Notes under the pieces: model-generated | The model's input: the letters and a program-made list of their open reading frames with translations, nothing else | What the model was told of the DNA's origin: nothing | The model's database searches: none | From: Syntrophaceae bacterium UBA5764 | Lineage (GTDB): Bacteria > Desulfobacterota > Syntrophia > Syntrophales > Smithellaceae | DNA length: 61,050 bases | Assembly (NCBI GenBank): GCA_002418825.1 | Contig: DIEW01000042.1 | Span: 5,527-66,576, forward strand | Direction: 5' to 3' | Shown here: piece after piece, positions 36,223 to 46,638 of the stretch | How positions within the stretch are numbered: the first letter of the stretch is position 1 | Layout: every line of letters begins with the position of its first letter | Program-made: the position numbers and the translations under genes

Positions 36223-37263
36223 TTAATAATTTCTGCATCCCTTTTTGATTCTACCTTCAACAACGGCAAAAACCCGTTCAGGGGTAATGTTTTTCATGCA
36301 CTGTATCGTCAAACAATCTTTTAGAAAACAAGGACTACAAGGTAAACCAGCCCTTATTATCGTGTGCCCCGCGCCGTAAGGGCCAGTCCTTGCCGGATCG
36401 GTCGGTCCGAAAAGAGCCACAACCGGCGTTCCCACAGCACAGGCCAGATGCATCGGACCGGAATCGGTAGTTACTACCAGCTGCGCCTTTTTAAAAATAC
36501 AAGCCAACTCCAGCAATGTTGTTTGTCCGGCCAGGTTAATACTATTTGCGCCCATCATTGATGTTATTTTTTCAATGGGCGCGCTCTCGCTTCCCGTAAA
36601 TATCACTTTTTTCTTCAGTTTATCACTGATTAAACCGGCAAGACACGCAAAATTTCCGTCATCCCAAAGCTTTGTTTTCCAGTAAGCTACAGGATTAATG
36701 GCAATATAGTCTTTATCGTTCAATCCATATTTTTCCAGCAGCAAATTAACTTTTTTTTCGGCGTCAATACTTTGCGGAAGAATAAATTCCACTTTTTCTT
36801 TTTTTGCCCCCAGGTAATGCGGAAAATCGAGATAGCGCTCTAGGGCGTGCTTGCCCATGTCTTCAGAAATTTTTTCGGTAAGAAATAGGCCGCTCAACTC
36901 CTGCAAAGAATCATAGCCCAGCTTTCTTTTGCCGCCACTCAAAAAAACGATGACAGAGCTTTTAAATAGACCGTGAAAATCAATGACAAGGTCATAAGGC
37001 CGTTGACGCAACTTTCTGATAAACAAACGAACCTCTTGCCAGACAGACCGGAATTGTCCGGCCTTGATATTCTTGATCCATGTTTTGCGCCGGAAAATCA
37101 ACACTTCATCAAGCTGTGGATGATTTAACACTAAATCAGACGCGGCTTCTTCCACTACCCAGGTTATATGCGCCTGCGGATACAAACGCCGCAAAGCCGA
37201 CAGTGACGGTAGCGTATGAATGACATCACCAATGGCACTGAGTTTAACGATTAAAATGTTCAT
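36223..37263 (-). CDS. waaC: ADP-heptose:LPS heptosyltransferase I (GT9)
   Basis: MNILIVKLSAIGDVIHTLPSLSALRRLYPQAHITWVVEE closely follows the WaaC N-terminal pattern. I place the start at the ATG that forms an ATGA overlap with the gmhB stop. Confidence 0.7.
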   Translation of the reverse strand: MNILIVKLSAIGDVIHTLPSLSALRRLYPQAHITWVVEEAASDLVLNHPQLDEVLIFRRKTWIKNIKAGQFRSVWQEVRLFIRKLRQRPYDLVIDFHGLFKSSVIVFLSGGKRKLGYDSLQELSGLFLTEKISEDMGKHALERYLDFPHYLGAKKEKVEFILPQSIDAEKKVNLLLEKYGLNDKDYIAINPVAYWKTKLWDDGNFACLAGLISDKLKKKVIFTGSESAPIEKITSMMGANSINLAGQTTLLELACIFKKAQLVVTTDSGPMHLACAVGTPVVALFGPTDPARTGPYGAGHTIIRAGLPCSPCFLKDCLTIQCMKNITPERVFAVVEGRIKKGCRNY

Positions 37264-37847
37264 TTGCATTCTTTCATTATCCACTGCACGGCTTCAAGAA
37301 TATCCGCGGCAACATGATCAGGCTTGTTTTCGGGTGTCAGTTTGTCCGGACCGTCATCTTGTAATAAGCTCCTACCGAAACCGGTTTTTACTAAAATACA
37401 TTTTGTTCCGACGCTTTTTCCTGCTTCCATGTCCTTGTATCTGTCACCTATAATATAAGATTTCCCCAAATTAATATTCATTTCCCGGGCCGCGCGCAGC
37501 AACATCCCGGCGGCCGGCTTTCGGCAGTCACATTCTTGCCGGTAGTGCCCTATCCCTTCCGTGGGATGATGCGGGCAATAATAAAATCCGTCGATAAAAG
37601 CATTTTCTTGTCCCAACATAACACGCAGTTGTTCATTGACGATCTTTACAAATTCTTCTGAAAATAAACCCCGGGCTACACCGGACTGATTGGTGATGAC
37701 CACTGCTTTCATGCCGGCGGCATTAATCAACCGAACAGCTTCAAAAGCGCCGGGAATAATCTTCAACTTGACGAGGCTATCAAGATAGCCCACTTCTTCG
37801 TTGATTGTGCCGTCCCTGTCTAAAAACACAGCGATATTTTTTTTCAT
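37260..37847 (-). CDS. gmhB: D-glycero-D-manno-heptose 1,7-bisphosphate 7-phosphatase (HAD superfamily)
   Basis: 195 aa. FLDRDGTIN (DxDGT), VVITNQSG, a Zn-site-like YYCPHHP...C.CRKP, and GDRYKD. Confidence 0.85.
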   Translation of the reverse strand: MKKNIAVFLDRDGTINEEVGYLDSLVKLKIIPGAFEAVRLINAAGMKAVVITNQSGVARGLFSEEFVKIVNEQLRVMLGQENAFIDGFYYCPHHPTEGIGHYRQECDCRKPAAGMLLRAAREMNINLGKSYIIGDRYKDMEAGKSVGTKCILVKTGFGRSLLQDDGPDKLTPENKPDHVAADILEAVQWIMKECK

Positions 37848-37855
37848 GGCTAGTC

Positions 37856-38884
37856 CTAATTACACTTTAGGATGTCACGCGCGGCCGATAAAACATCATC
37901 GACTTTCACCAAATCCATGCAACGGAAATCTGTGGGGCACGTTTCTTTTAAGCAAGGGCTGCAGGACACTTCTTCACGAACAATCTTTATTTTTTCTCCA
38001 ACAGGTGATGTGGTCAGGGGATTAGTCGAACCGAAAATGGCGACCGTGGGAACATTCAACGCGCCGGCAATATGCATCAGGCCGGAATCATTGCTGATGA
38101 ACAAGACACACTGTGAAATAAGATAAATCGCTTCACGCAGAGTTGTTTTGCCGGCAAGATTTATTAAATCAGTACTGGATTTTGCACATACTTGTTGCGC
38201 CACTTTCCAATCGTCCTTGCCACCCAATAAAACAATACGACAACCATAATTTGCGCTGATTTTATCCGCCACTTCGGCAAAACGTTCGGGAAACCATCTT
38301 TTGGCCGGGCCATACGTGGCTCCGGGGGCAATGCCAACTATAGGTTTTTCCGGACCTGGTATGAATTCATGTAAAGTATTTTGAGCAGTCACGCGATTAA
38401 TTCTCGCCTGAAGATGCATTTCCCGCCCGACGGGTGCACAGCCCAAAGCCTTAACCATTTCCAAATAATAGTCAATTTGATGAACTTTTCTTATCTCCTT
38501 AGTACGTTTAATGCTGTGAGTTAAAAGAAAGCCGCGGCCATCAGAATTGTATCCAGCGCGCAGCTTAATCCGCGCGGCGCAAGCCATTATAGCTGCCTCA
38601 ATCGCGTTCTGCAAAAGAATGGCCACATCAAATTTCTTTTTTCGCAGAATGCTTGCCAAGCGAAAAACACCCAACGGATTATCAAACTGATTTTTATAAA
38701 TGATTATTTCATCAGCTGCGGTAAATAGTTTATAGATATCGGCCACAAGAGGCTTGGCCAAAATAGAGATACGCGCCTGGGGATAAGCGGCACGCACAGA
38801 AGCAATTGCGGGCAAGGTAAGCACGGCGTCACCGATCCAATTTGTTCCCCGGATCAATATTTTAGTTATGCCTTCTTTGGGCAT
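37856..38884 (-). CDS. waaF: ADP-heptose:LPS heptosyltransferase II (GT9)
   Basis: ILIRGTNWIGDAVLTLPAI ... NDSGLMHIAGALNVPTVAIFGSTNP. The start is probably MPKEGITKILI (38884) or MLLKK (38908). The 39082 ORF start would overlap lpxL by about 220 nt. Confidence 0.65.
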   Translation of the reverse strand: MPKEGITKILIRGTNWIGDAVLTLPAIASVRAAYPQARISILAKPLVADIYKLFTAADEIIIYKNQFDNPLGVFRLASILRKKKFDVAILLQNAIEAAIMACAARIKLRAGYNSDGRGFLLTHSIKRTKEIRKVHQIDYYLEMVKALGCAPVGREMHLQARINRVTAQNTLHEFIPGPEKPIVGIAPGATYGPAKRWFPERFAEVADKISANYGCRIVLLGGKDDWKVAQQVCAKSSTDLINLAGKTTLREAIYLISQCVLFISNDSGLMHIAGALNVPTVAIFGSTNPLTTSPVGEKIKIVREEVSCSPCLKETCPTDFRCMDLVKVDDVLSAARDILKCN

Positions 38885-39785
38885 CCTTGCTCTTTTTTTC
38901 AGCAACATTTTTTTTAATCCTTTTTGCCTGCCATGGCTTTGTTTTCCAGCGCTGATGTAACCACAGCCATTGCTCCGGATATTTACGCACATATTCTTCA
39001 ATGATTTTTGTAATTTTTTGTGTATTGATAAATATGTCCGCGTCACGGTTACCGGTATCGATAATATCCGTTTTCGGGCCAATCTCCAATAAATATTTGC
39101 CGCTGGGCAAACGTCTGGTAAAAGCGGGCATTACCGCTGCACCAGTGTGCAACGCCAATTGCGCCACCCCAAAAGTGGTACAAGCCGGCCGTCCAAAAAA
39201 ATCCACAAATATGCCTTCATACCAGGCAACATTCTGATCGACAAGAATATTTATGATCTCTCCTTTTCTTAATAATTGGAGCGTTTTTCTCATCGCATTC
39301 TCTTTGTGCAAAGAGATATTGCCGCAAGCGGCACGCAAATAGGTGGTCACTTCTTCCATAAAAGGATTGTCGAGAAGTCGCACCATAAATACCAATGGTC
39401 TGGTCAACAGGGCCAGCGCAGCATTGCCAATTTCCCAATTGCCAAAATGCGCGCTGAAAAGCAAAACACCTTTGCCCTCGCGGCAGGCAGCGGTATAATG
39501 TTCCAGTCCTATGATACTTATCCAATGATGCAAATTTTCTCTCTTCATCAAAAGAATTTCAGTAAACTCAACAATCATAATAGCAAAGCTTTCATAAGAC
39601 CCCTTGGCAATGCGGCAAACTTCCCTTAATGATTTTTCCGGAAAAGAGCGCATGAGATTATGAATAGCAATCAATCTATGCTTTGATGATAAATAATATA
39701 CGAGCCGCGAAATGCCGGAGGCCAGTGCTTTTCTAACAGCTAATGGAATAATTCGAAATAAAAATATTGCTGTTTCTTTTTTCAC
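38862..39785 (-). CDS. lpxL: Lipid A biosynthesis late (lauroyl/myristoyl-type) acyltransferase
   Basis: 307 aa with an N-terminal anchor and the HFGNWE (H-x4-E) catalytic motif. It lies in lpxK/msbA context. Confidence 0.8.
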   Translation of the reverse strand: MKKETAIFLFRIIPLAVRKALASGISRLVYYLSSKHRLIAIHNLMRSFPEKSLREVCRIAKGSYESFAIMIVEFTEILLMKRENLHHWISIIGLEHYTAACREGKGVLLFSAHFGNWEIGNAALALLTRPLVFMVRLLDNPFMEEVTTYLRAACGNISLHKENAMRKTLQLLRKGEIINILVDQNVAWYEGIFVDFFGRPACTTFGVAQLALHTGAAVMPAFTRRLPSGKYLLEIGPKTDIIDTGNRDADIFINTQKITKIIEEYVRKYPEQWLWLHQRWKTKPWQAKRIKKNVAEKKSKDAQRRHN

Positions 39786-39796
39786 AAAATTCTCCG

Positions 39797-40903
39797 TTAC
39801 TGGCCAGCGCCTGTTTTCAAACGCCGCAAAATGAATTTTTCAAACGACTCTTCCATGGATGAAGGTCTCATTTTCATCTTTATTCGCAATATCCACACGG
39901 CCTTCAGAAACTCCGGATAATTATGCAGTCTCACAGCATCTTTATGGGTTGTCATCAAGTAGTCAGCACGCAGTTTCCTATATTGATTATTTAATTCCTC
40001 CAGATCATAAAGACCGTAGCGGTAATGATCAGGGAAAGCGTTAAACGACAGGATTTGCGCCCCTGCTTTTCGGAGCATTTCTTCAAAGGAGTTTGGACGC
40101 GCAATACCACAAAAAGCGCATACCGACTTACCTGTAAGAACTTCCAGCCCAACCGTAGAATTTCCATCGCCCCGAGCAATATCCTGCGGATAATGGTTAC
40201 TGCAAAAAATGGGGATATTCATTTTTTGTGCTATTTGGTTCACTTTCTCGCTCATCTTCACATCCCCATGTGCACGCGTCATAATCAGGCAATCAGTACG
40301 CTTAAGTTCTTTTAACGGTTCACGCAACTCTCCTGCCGGCAGAAGATGTCCGTTACCCAGTGGTTTTGCACTATCGAGCAAAACTAAATCGATGTCTCTT
40401 GAAATTTTACGGTGTTGAAAAGCGTCATCGCAAACAATGACATCGGCTCCGAATCTTTTGATTGCCACGTTTCCCGTTCTGATTCTTTTTGCACCGGTAA
40501 TCACGGGGACACCCGGCAATAATTGTGCGATTAAAAGAGGTTCATCACCGGCTGTTTCGGAATCAAGCAATATTTTCCTTCCGTCAGAAACGATATTGAT
40601 TTTTTGTGCACTTTTGCCCCCGTATCCGCGGCTGATAACCGCAGGCCGATAACCTGCTGCCTGAAGCATTTGCGACAGCATAATGACGCAAGGTGTCTTG
40701 CCCGTGCCGCCAACTGTGATATTGCCGACACTGATTACCGGACAGGGCAGCCTAACCGAAGATATTAGTTGTTTATTATAAAGCCAATTGCGCAGATTTA
40801 CGATCAGCCGATAAAACAAGGAAAGAAAAAATAGAGTTGCTCGGAGCGGACTGAAACAGCTGATTTTTTTATCATCATTCCAAATCCTTTGCCAATCGAC
40901 CAT
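39797..40903 (-). CDS. lpxK: Tetraacyldisaccharide 4'-kinase
   Basis: Contains VISVGNITVGGTGKTP (the LpxK P-loop). I place the start at MVDWQRIWNDDKK, because the longer ORF would overlap msbA by 122 nt. Confidence 0.85.
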   Translation of the reverse strand: MVDWQRIWNDDKKISCFSPLRATLFFLSLFYRLIVNLRNWLYNKQLISSVRLPCPVISVGNITVGGTGKTPCVIMLSQMLQAAGYRPAVISRGYGGKSAQKINIVSDGRKILLDSETAGDEPLLIAQLLPGVPVITGAKRIRTGNVAIKRFGADVIVCDDAFQHRKISRDIDLVLLDSAKPLGNGHLLPAGELREPLKELKRTDCLIMTRAHGDVKMSEKVNQIAQKMNIPIFCSNHYPQDIARGDGNSTVGLEVLTGKSVCAFCGIARPNSFEEMLRKAGAQILSFNAFPDHYRYGLYDLEELNNQYRKLRADYLMTTHKDAVRLHNYPEFLKAVWILRIKMKMRPSSMEESFEKFILRRLKTGAGQ

Positions 40904-42632
40904 TTCCGCTTCCTTCGTCTTTAAACTGCAAGTTATACAAACGGTAGTATTCGCCTTTTTTCGCCAAAAGCGCTTCGTGCGTACCTTCCTCGACAATCTC
41001 TCCGTTCACTAAAGTAATAATTCTGTCCGCATTACGAATGGTGGAAAGGCGATGAGCAATAACCAGCGTCGTGCGTCCTTTCATGAGGTTATCCAGAGCT
41101 TCCTGTACTTCTATTTCCGCTTCCGTATCCAACGAAGAGGTTGCTTCATCCAAAATCAGAATGGGAGCGTCTTTCAGCAAGGCGCGGGCAATAGATATGC
41201 GCTGCTTTTCACCACCGGAAAGTTTGGTGCCTAACTCACCAATATTTGAATCATACCTCTGAGGGAGACGCATGATAAAACTGTGGGCATTAGCTGCCTT
41301 GGCTGCGGCAATGATTTCCTCGTCTGTACGTTTAATATCACCGTACGCAATATTATTTTTAACAGAATCGTTAAACAGGATCGTTTGCTGGGTGACTATG
41401 GCTATCTGCCTGCGCAATGACTGCAAAGTCACATCACGAATGTCATAGCCATCAATAAGAATGCATCCGGAGGTAACATCATAAAAGCGTGGAATCAAAT
41501 TGACCAATGATGTCTTGCCGCCGCCGCTCATTCCGACAAAAGCCACAACTTCACCGGCTTTGATGTGGATATTAATGTTTTTCAACACCGGGGTTGTATC
41601 GTAACAGAAAGTAACATTTTTAATATCAATACCGCGGCGAATAGGTGGCAACTCAACGGCACCGGGCTTATTCACAATATCCGGCATGTGGTCAATAATA
41701 CTAAAAACGCGCTCGGCACCAGCAATGCCCTGATTGATGGAATTATTGACGTTAGTCAACCGTTTCATCGGTTCATAAAGCATCAATAAAGCAGCCAGAA
41801 ACGAGAAAAAAGTGCCGGGCGTGGAGTTGCCCTTTATAACATTATAGCCGCCATAAAAAATTATTGCGGCTATGCCCAGTCCACCCAAAAATTCCATCAG
41901 CGGACTGGCCATGGCGTTTATGGAAACAGTCTTCATGCTCAATTTAAAAAGTCGTTCGCTTTCCGCAGCAAACCTTGCGTTTTCATACTTTTCCATACAG
42001 AAAGCTTTGACGATGCGGATACCAGAAATCGTTTCTTGCAAAAGAGAATTCAACGTACCCATGGTTATCTGTGACGACGTGGTCACCTTGCGTATTTTTT
42101 TGCCGAAACGAGAAATCGGATAAATGGTCAAAGGAAAAACAAGCATGGCGATAAGAGCAAGCTGCCAGTCAGTATAAAAAATAACGCCCACAAGAAAAAT
42201 TAAGGTACAACTATCTTTAACCAGCGAAGTAATCGCCTCTGACGATGCTGCCTGTACTGACAAAACATCATTTGTTATCCGCGACATTAATAAGCCTGTG
42301 GGATGATCGGTGAAAAAAGCCAAAGATTGCTTTTGTATATGTCCATACAGTTTATTGCGCAGGTCGGTAAGAATGCGCAAACCTATGGAACTCATCAAAA
42401 TAACCTGCCCATAAGTACATAATCCCTTGAACAGGAATATACCGATAATAGCGAAGGGAATCCACGTCAACGCAGTCATATCTTTGCTGACGAATATTTC
42501 GTCAATTGCCGGCTTGGAAATAAGGGGCAAGGCTGACTGAAGGGCTCCCGCGATAATCATCAAAATTGCGGCAAAAATAAAGCGTAAATAATACGCTTGG
42601 GCCATTTTCAATAAACGTTTGAAAGCTTCCAT
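40875..42632 (-). CDS. msbA: Lipid A export ATP-binding/permease protein (ABC exporter)
   Basis: 585 aa: a 6-TM domain plus an NBD (GMSGGGKTS, LSGGEKQRISIARALL, ILILDEATS). It is flanked by lpxB and lpxK. Confidence 0.8.
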   Translation of the reverse strand: MEAFKRLLKMAQAYYLRFIFAAILMIIAGALQSALPLISKPAIDEIFVSKDMTALTWIPFAIIGIFLFKGLCTYGQVILMSSIGLRILTDLRNKLYGHIQKQSLAFFTDHPTGLLMSRITNDVLSVQAASSEAITSLVKDSCTLIFLVGVIFYTDWQLALIAMLVFPLTIYPISRFGKKIRKVTTSSQITMGTLNSLLQETISGIRIVKAFCMEKYENARFAAESERLFKLSMKTVSINAMASPLMEFLGGLGIAAIIFYGGYNVIKGNSTPGTFFSFLAALLMLYEPMKRLTNVNNSINQGIAGAERVFSIIDHMPDIVNKPGAVELPPIRRGIDIKNVTFCYDTTPVLKNINIHIKAGEVVAFVGMSGGGKTSLVNLIPRFYDVTSGCILIDGYDIRDVTLQSLRRQIAIVTQQTILFNDSVKNNIAYGDIKRTDEEIIAAAKAANAHSFIMRLPQRYDSNIGELGTKLSGGEKQRISIARALLKDAPILILDEATSSLDTEAEIEVQEALDNLMKGRTTLVIAHRLSTIRNADRIITLVNGEIVEEGTHEALLAKKGEYYRLYNLQFKDEGSGNGRLAKDLE

Positions 42633-42640
42633 ATTACTTC

Positions 42641-43774
42641 CTAAATCATTTCACAGGCAATCTTTGCCGCTCTTGCCGCGGCACCGGGACTTCCCAATTT
42701 GGCGCTAATTGCCGTCAGCTCTTTTTTTATTTCTGCATACCGTTCGCTGTTTAAAATAGCAAGCGTTTCCGCGGCAATACGCTTACCGTTCGCATCTTTT
42801 TGAATAAATTCCGGCACGATAGTTTTGCCAGCAATTATATTAACCAAACCGATGTTGTTGACACGAACCACCAGGCGACCAATAAGATACGAAAGTAGCG
42901 AAACCTTGTATATAATAATCATCGGCACACCCAAAAGCCCGGTTTCCAGCGTAGCTGTTCCGGAAGTAACGATAGCAAAATCGCAGCAGGAAACAGCCTC
43001 ATAAGTGTGCCCAGTAACTATTTTCACTTTAACATCAAAACCTGAAATTATTTCTGTCACTACCTTCTCATCCAGTGTATCTGCTTTTGGCAAAACAAAC
43101 TGTATATCCTTAATGTTTCGTTGCAAAATCTCCGCGGCCCGCATCATCTCCGGCAACAAAGAAGATATTTCTTTAAGTCGGCTTCCTGGAAGCAAACCTA
43201 TAGTGGTTTTATTCCCGGATAATCCCAGATTTTTTCTTGCCTCTTCTTTAGAAACACTGATTTTTACCATATCCACCAGCGGATGGCCCACGTAATCAAC
43301 AAGAAAACCTTTTGACGCGTAAGTGTCGACTTCAAAAGGAAGCACAACGGCCATTCTGTCAACAATTTTCTTGATCTGATTGATTCTTCCCTTGCGCCAA
43401 GCCCAAACCTGTGGACTGATGTAGTAGAAAACCTTTATACCTTTTTTTTTGGCGGCTTTGGCCAAAGCAAGATTAAAACCAGGATAGTCAATTAAGATCA
43501 AAAGGGCAGGCCTATAGGAATCAAGCGCCTTTTTCATTTTATCCATTGTCTTTAAAAGAAACGCAAATTTGGAAAAAACCTCACTGAAACCAACAACAGC
43601 CATCCTGGATGCATCTCCTAAAATTTCCACTCCCGTTTCTTTCAATTTGACGCCGCCTATTCCGTAAAATTTTAAGGCTGGTTTAAGCTTCAACATTTCC
43701 TTAACCAAATTGGCGCCGTGCATATCTCCTGAAGCTTCACCGGCAACGATTATTATGTTTTTTTCTTCCCCCAT
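42641..43774 (-). CDS. lpxB: Lipid-A-disaccharide synthase
   Basis: 377 aa with the N-terminal IIVAGEASGDMHGANLV and an LpxB-like GT-B layout. Confidence 0.9.
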   Translation of the reverse strand: MGEEKNIIIVAGEASGDMHGANLVKEMLKLKPALKFYGIGGVKLKETGVEILGDASRMAVVGFSEVFSKFAFLLKTMDKMKKALDSYRPALLILIDYPGFNLALAKAAKKKGIKVFYYISPQVWAWRKGRINQIKKIVDRMAVVLPFEVDTYASKGFLVDYVGHPLVDMVKISVSKEEARKNLGLSGNKTTIGLLPGSRLKEISSLLPEMMRAAEILQRNIKDIQFVLPKADTLDEKVVTEIISGFDVKVKIVTGHTYEAVSCCDFAIVTSGTATLETGLLGVPMIIIYKVSLLSYLIGRLVVRVNNIGLVNIIAGKTIVPEFIQKDANGKRIAAETLAILNSERYAEIKKELTAISAKLGSPGAAARAAKIACEMI

Positions 43775-43807
43775 TCCTATCCGCTTTCAGGAAACCAAAT
43801 TTTTCAC

Positions 43808-44902
43808 TTAAAAACCTTTGTTGATCACACTGGCAATAAATTTTATTTCCTCTTCCTCTAATTCGGGAAACATGGGAAGCGACAGCACTTCCTTTGTACA
43901 AGTTTCGGCCTGCGGCAAAACAACATCCAAATGATACATGTTAAAAAAAGCCTGCTGATGATGCAGCGGAACCGGGTAATAAATGGCGGAAGCAATGCCT
44001 TTTTGCCCAAGAGCGGAGGCCAAAGCATCCCTATTCTTTGTCCGTATTGTAAACTGGTGATAGACATGCTCGCATCCGGGAGACACAGAAGGCAAAACAA
44101 TTTCTTTTTTCTTGATAGCGGCGCAATAAATCGCGGCATTGTGGCGGCGCGCTTCGTTATACTCGTCGATTCTTTTTAGCTTGACACAGAGAACCGCAGC
44201 CTGGATCTCATCAAGACGGCTGTTGTAACCGACCAGCAGATGATGATAACGCGTCGAGCTGCCATGGTTGCGCAAAATTCTTATCTTTTCTGCAATATCT
44301 TTATGCTTTGTAATAACCATACCGCCGTCGCCATAACCACCCAGGTTTTTGCTGGGAAAAAAGCTGAAACAACCTGCATCACCTATCGTCCCCACCTTTT
44401 GGCCGCGGTATTTGGCACCGAAAGCCTGCGCGCAGTCTTCCACTACTTTAAGATTATATTTACGGGCAATTTCCATAACAAGGTCCATCTCGGCGGGATG
44501 ACCGAATAAATGGACGGGAATGATTGCTTTTGTTTTGGAAGTAATTTTCTTCTCTATTTGCGAACAATCAAGGTTAAATGTATCGGGACAGATATCCACA
44601 AAAACAGGAACAGCGTTTAAAAGAGCGATAACCTCGGCTGTGGCAATAAATGTAAATGGCGTGGTTATTACTTCATCACCCGCTTTAATTTCTAACGCTC
44701 GCAAAGCCAAAAGCAACGCGTCTGTTCCGTTAGCCACGCCTATGGCATGAGCCAAACCATGATAGGCGGATATTTCCTCTTCGAGTTTGCTAACATTCTT
44801 CCCCAAAATAAACTGGGTGCTTTCCAGAACATCGCTGAGTGCCGCATCAACTTCACTTTTCAACGCGTGATACTGCCTTTTTAAGTCCACCATAGGAATC
44901 AT
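43808..44902 (-). CDS. DegT/DnrJ/EryC1/StrS-family PLP aminotransferase, candidate UDP-3-keto-GlcNAc transaminase (GnnB-like)
   Basis: 364 aa with the typical DegT layout (VANGTDALLLAL, FFPSKNLGGYGDGG). It sits between lpxA and lpxB and overlaps the oxidoreductase gene by 4 nt. Confidence 0.6.
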   Translation of the reverse strand: MIPMVDLKRQYHALKSEVDAALSDVLESTQFILGKNVSKLEEEISAYHGLAHAIGVANGTDALLLALRALEIKAGDEVITTPFTFIATAEVIALLNAVPVFVDICPDTFNLDCSQIEKKITSKTKAIIPVHLFGHPAEMDLVMEIARKYNLKVVEDCAQAFGAKYRGQKVGTIGDAGCFSFFPSKNLGGYGDGGMVITKHKDIAEKIRILRNHGSSTRYHHLLVGYNSRLDEIQAAVLCVKLKRIDEYNEARRHNAAIYCAAIKKKEIVLPSVSPGCEHVYHQFTIRTKNRDALASALGQKGIASAIYYPVPLHHQQAFFNMYHLDVVLPQAETCTKEVLSLPMFPELEEEEIKFIASVINKGF

Positions 44903-45858
44903 TTACGCAGCACCTCGGATGTTTTCATTTTTCTGATTATTTCCACGGCAAGCGCCAAAGATTTCCGCGCGTCTTCGCCTGATACAAGCGGTGCGGTACG
45001 GTTAACCACTGCCTCAACAAAAGACCTTATTTCCTCTTCCAATGGATCATGGCTCCCCACCTCAATATTATTTTGAACTATTTGCTGTTTACCTTCTGCA
45101 TTCGCTTGCTTATTGAGGGATATAATTTCCCGCTTCTGGTAATCAACCGCATGGTAACCCTCTGGACTGAAAAAGCGTATTTTCTGCATCGTTTTGGCGC
45201 TTATGCGGCTGGCAGTAACATTGGCTATGCAACCGCAGGCAAAAGACAGACGAACATTTGAAATGTCTACCTTGTCGGAAAGCACGGGAACACCTACCGC
45301 TTCTAAAGACTTGATCTTGGAATCAACGAATTTCAAAATGATATCCAAATCGTGAATCATTAAATCCAGAACAACATCGACATCCGTACCCCGTTCAAAG
45401 AAGGGGTGCAAACGGTGAACTTCAATGAAAAGCGGTCTGGTAATAACCTTATCCAGTGCCATTACGGCAGGATTGAATCTTTCCACAAATCCCACCTGCA
45501 GAATCAGCTTATTCTTACCTGCAAGTTCAATCAGCTCGTCCGCCTCTTTGACCGTCGCGCAGATCGGTTTCTCAATTAAGACATCTATACCGGCCGCCAG
45601 AAAATCACCGGCTACCTGAAAATGCTCGCCGGTGGGTACGGCAATACTGACAGCATCAACCTTATCCAACAGGTTGCGGTAATCGGTAAAAGCTTGGCAG
45701 CCATAAGTCTCCGCCGCTCTTTTAGCCCGTTCATAAATGGCATCCGATACTCCGATAAGTTCACAATTATCCAGTTTTTGGTATTTCTGCAGATGATAAT
45801 TTCCTAGATGACCGATGCCAACAACACCGATTTTAATGTTCTTTTTTTTTACAGTCAT
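44899..45858 (-). CDS. Gfo/Idh/MocA-family NAD oxidoreductase, candidate UDP-GlcNAc 3-dehydrogenase (GnnA-like)
   Basis: 319 aa. IKIGVVGIGHLGNYH Rossmann motif and an EKP motif (VLIEKPI). It lies immediately downstream of lpxA. Confidence 0.6.
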   Translation of the reverse strand: MTVKKKNIKIGVVGIGHLGNYHLQKYQKLDNCELIGVSDAIYERAKRAAETYGCQAFTDYRNLLDKVDAVSIAVPTGEHFQVAGDFLAAGIDVLIEKPICATVKEADELIELAGKNKLILQVGFVERFNPAVMALDKVITRPLFIEVHRLHPFFERGTDVDVVLDLMIHDLDIILKFVDSKIKSLEAVGVPVLSDKVDISNVRLSFACGCIANVTASRISAKTMQKIRFFSPEGYHAVDYQKREIISLNKQANAEGKQQIVQNNIEVGSHDPLEEEIRSFVEAVVNRTAPLVSGEDARKSLALAVEIIRKMKTSEVLRK

Positions 45859-45859
45859 T

Positions 45860-46627
45860 TTAACGACAGGTACCTCTTTTCGATTCCCTGATAAACCTCA
45901 CAAAGTGTTCTACTTCCGGGATATTTCCTAATTCATCCTGCGCTTTTTGCAAGGATTCTTCCAAAAGAAGCTGCGAACGGAAAATAATCTGATAGGCTTT
46001 TTTAAGTGCTTTAATCGTTTCCTCCGGGAAGTTGCGTCTCTTCAATCCAATTAAATTAAGACCGAAAAGTTTGGCATGATTACCCGCAGCCATCGTGTAA
46101 GGAGGCACATCCTGGACTACCGCAGATGCCCCACCAATAATACAGTGCGCTCCGATATTGGTAAACTGGTGAATTCCAGACAAGCCTCCAATCATTGCAT
46201 AATCTTCAACGTTCACGTATCCAGCCAAGGTAGCGGCATTGGCCATCACCACATAATGACCGATTTTACAATTATGGGCAACGTGAGCATAGGCCATAAT
46301 CATATTATGATCGCCGATGAACGTCACTCCGGAACCGGTTGCCCGATTAATGGTAACGAATTCCCGGATTATGTTAAAATTACCAATAACCACATAAGTT
46401 TTTTCTCCACCAAATTTCAAGTCCTGCGGCGGTGCTCCAATAGAACAAAATTGATAAATGTTACACCCTTCGCCGATTTCTGTTGCCCCCTCAATCACAA
46501 CATGTGGTCCGATAACAGTATTTTTACCAATTTTTACTTCCGAACCAATAATCGAATAAGGTCCTACTTCCACCCCCTCCCCTAAATTTGCACCCGGATT
46601 AATAATCGCCGTGGAATGAATTTTCAT
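45860..46627 (-). CDS. lpxA: UDP-N-acetylglucosamine (or UDP-GlcNAc3N) O/N-acyltransferase
   Basis: 255 aa. It has hexapeptide repeats from the N-terminus ([26 protein letters not shown]) and a C-terminal helical domain. Confidence 0.9.
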   Translation of the reverse strand: MKIHSTAIINPGANLGEGVEVGPYSIIGSEVKIGKNTVIGPHVVIEGATEIGEGCNIYQFCSIGAPPQDLKFGGEKTYVVIGNFNIIREFVTINRATGSGVTFIGDHNMIMAYAHVAHNCKIGHYVVMANAATLAGYVNVEDYAMIGGLSGIHQFTNIGAHCIIGGASAVVQDVPPYTMAAGNHAKLFGLNLIGLKRRNFPEETIKALKKAYQIIFRSQLLLEESLQKAQDELGNIPEVEHFVRFIRESKRGTCR

Positions 46628-46638
46628 GGATCAAACCT

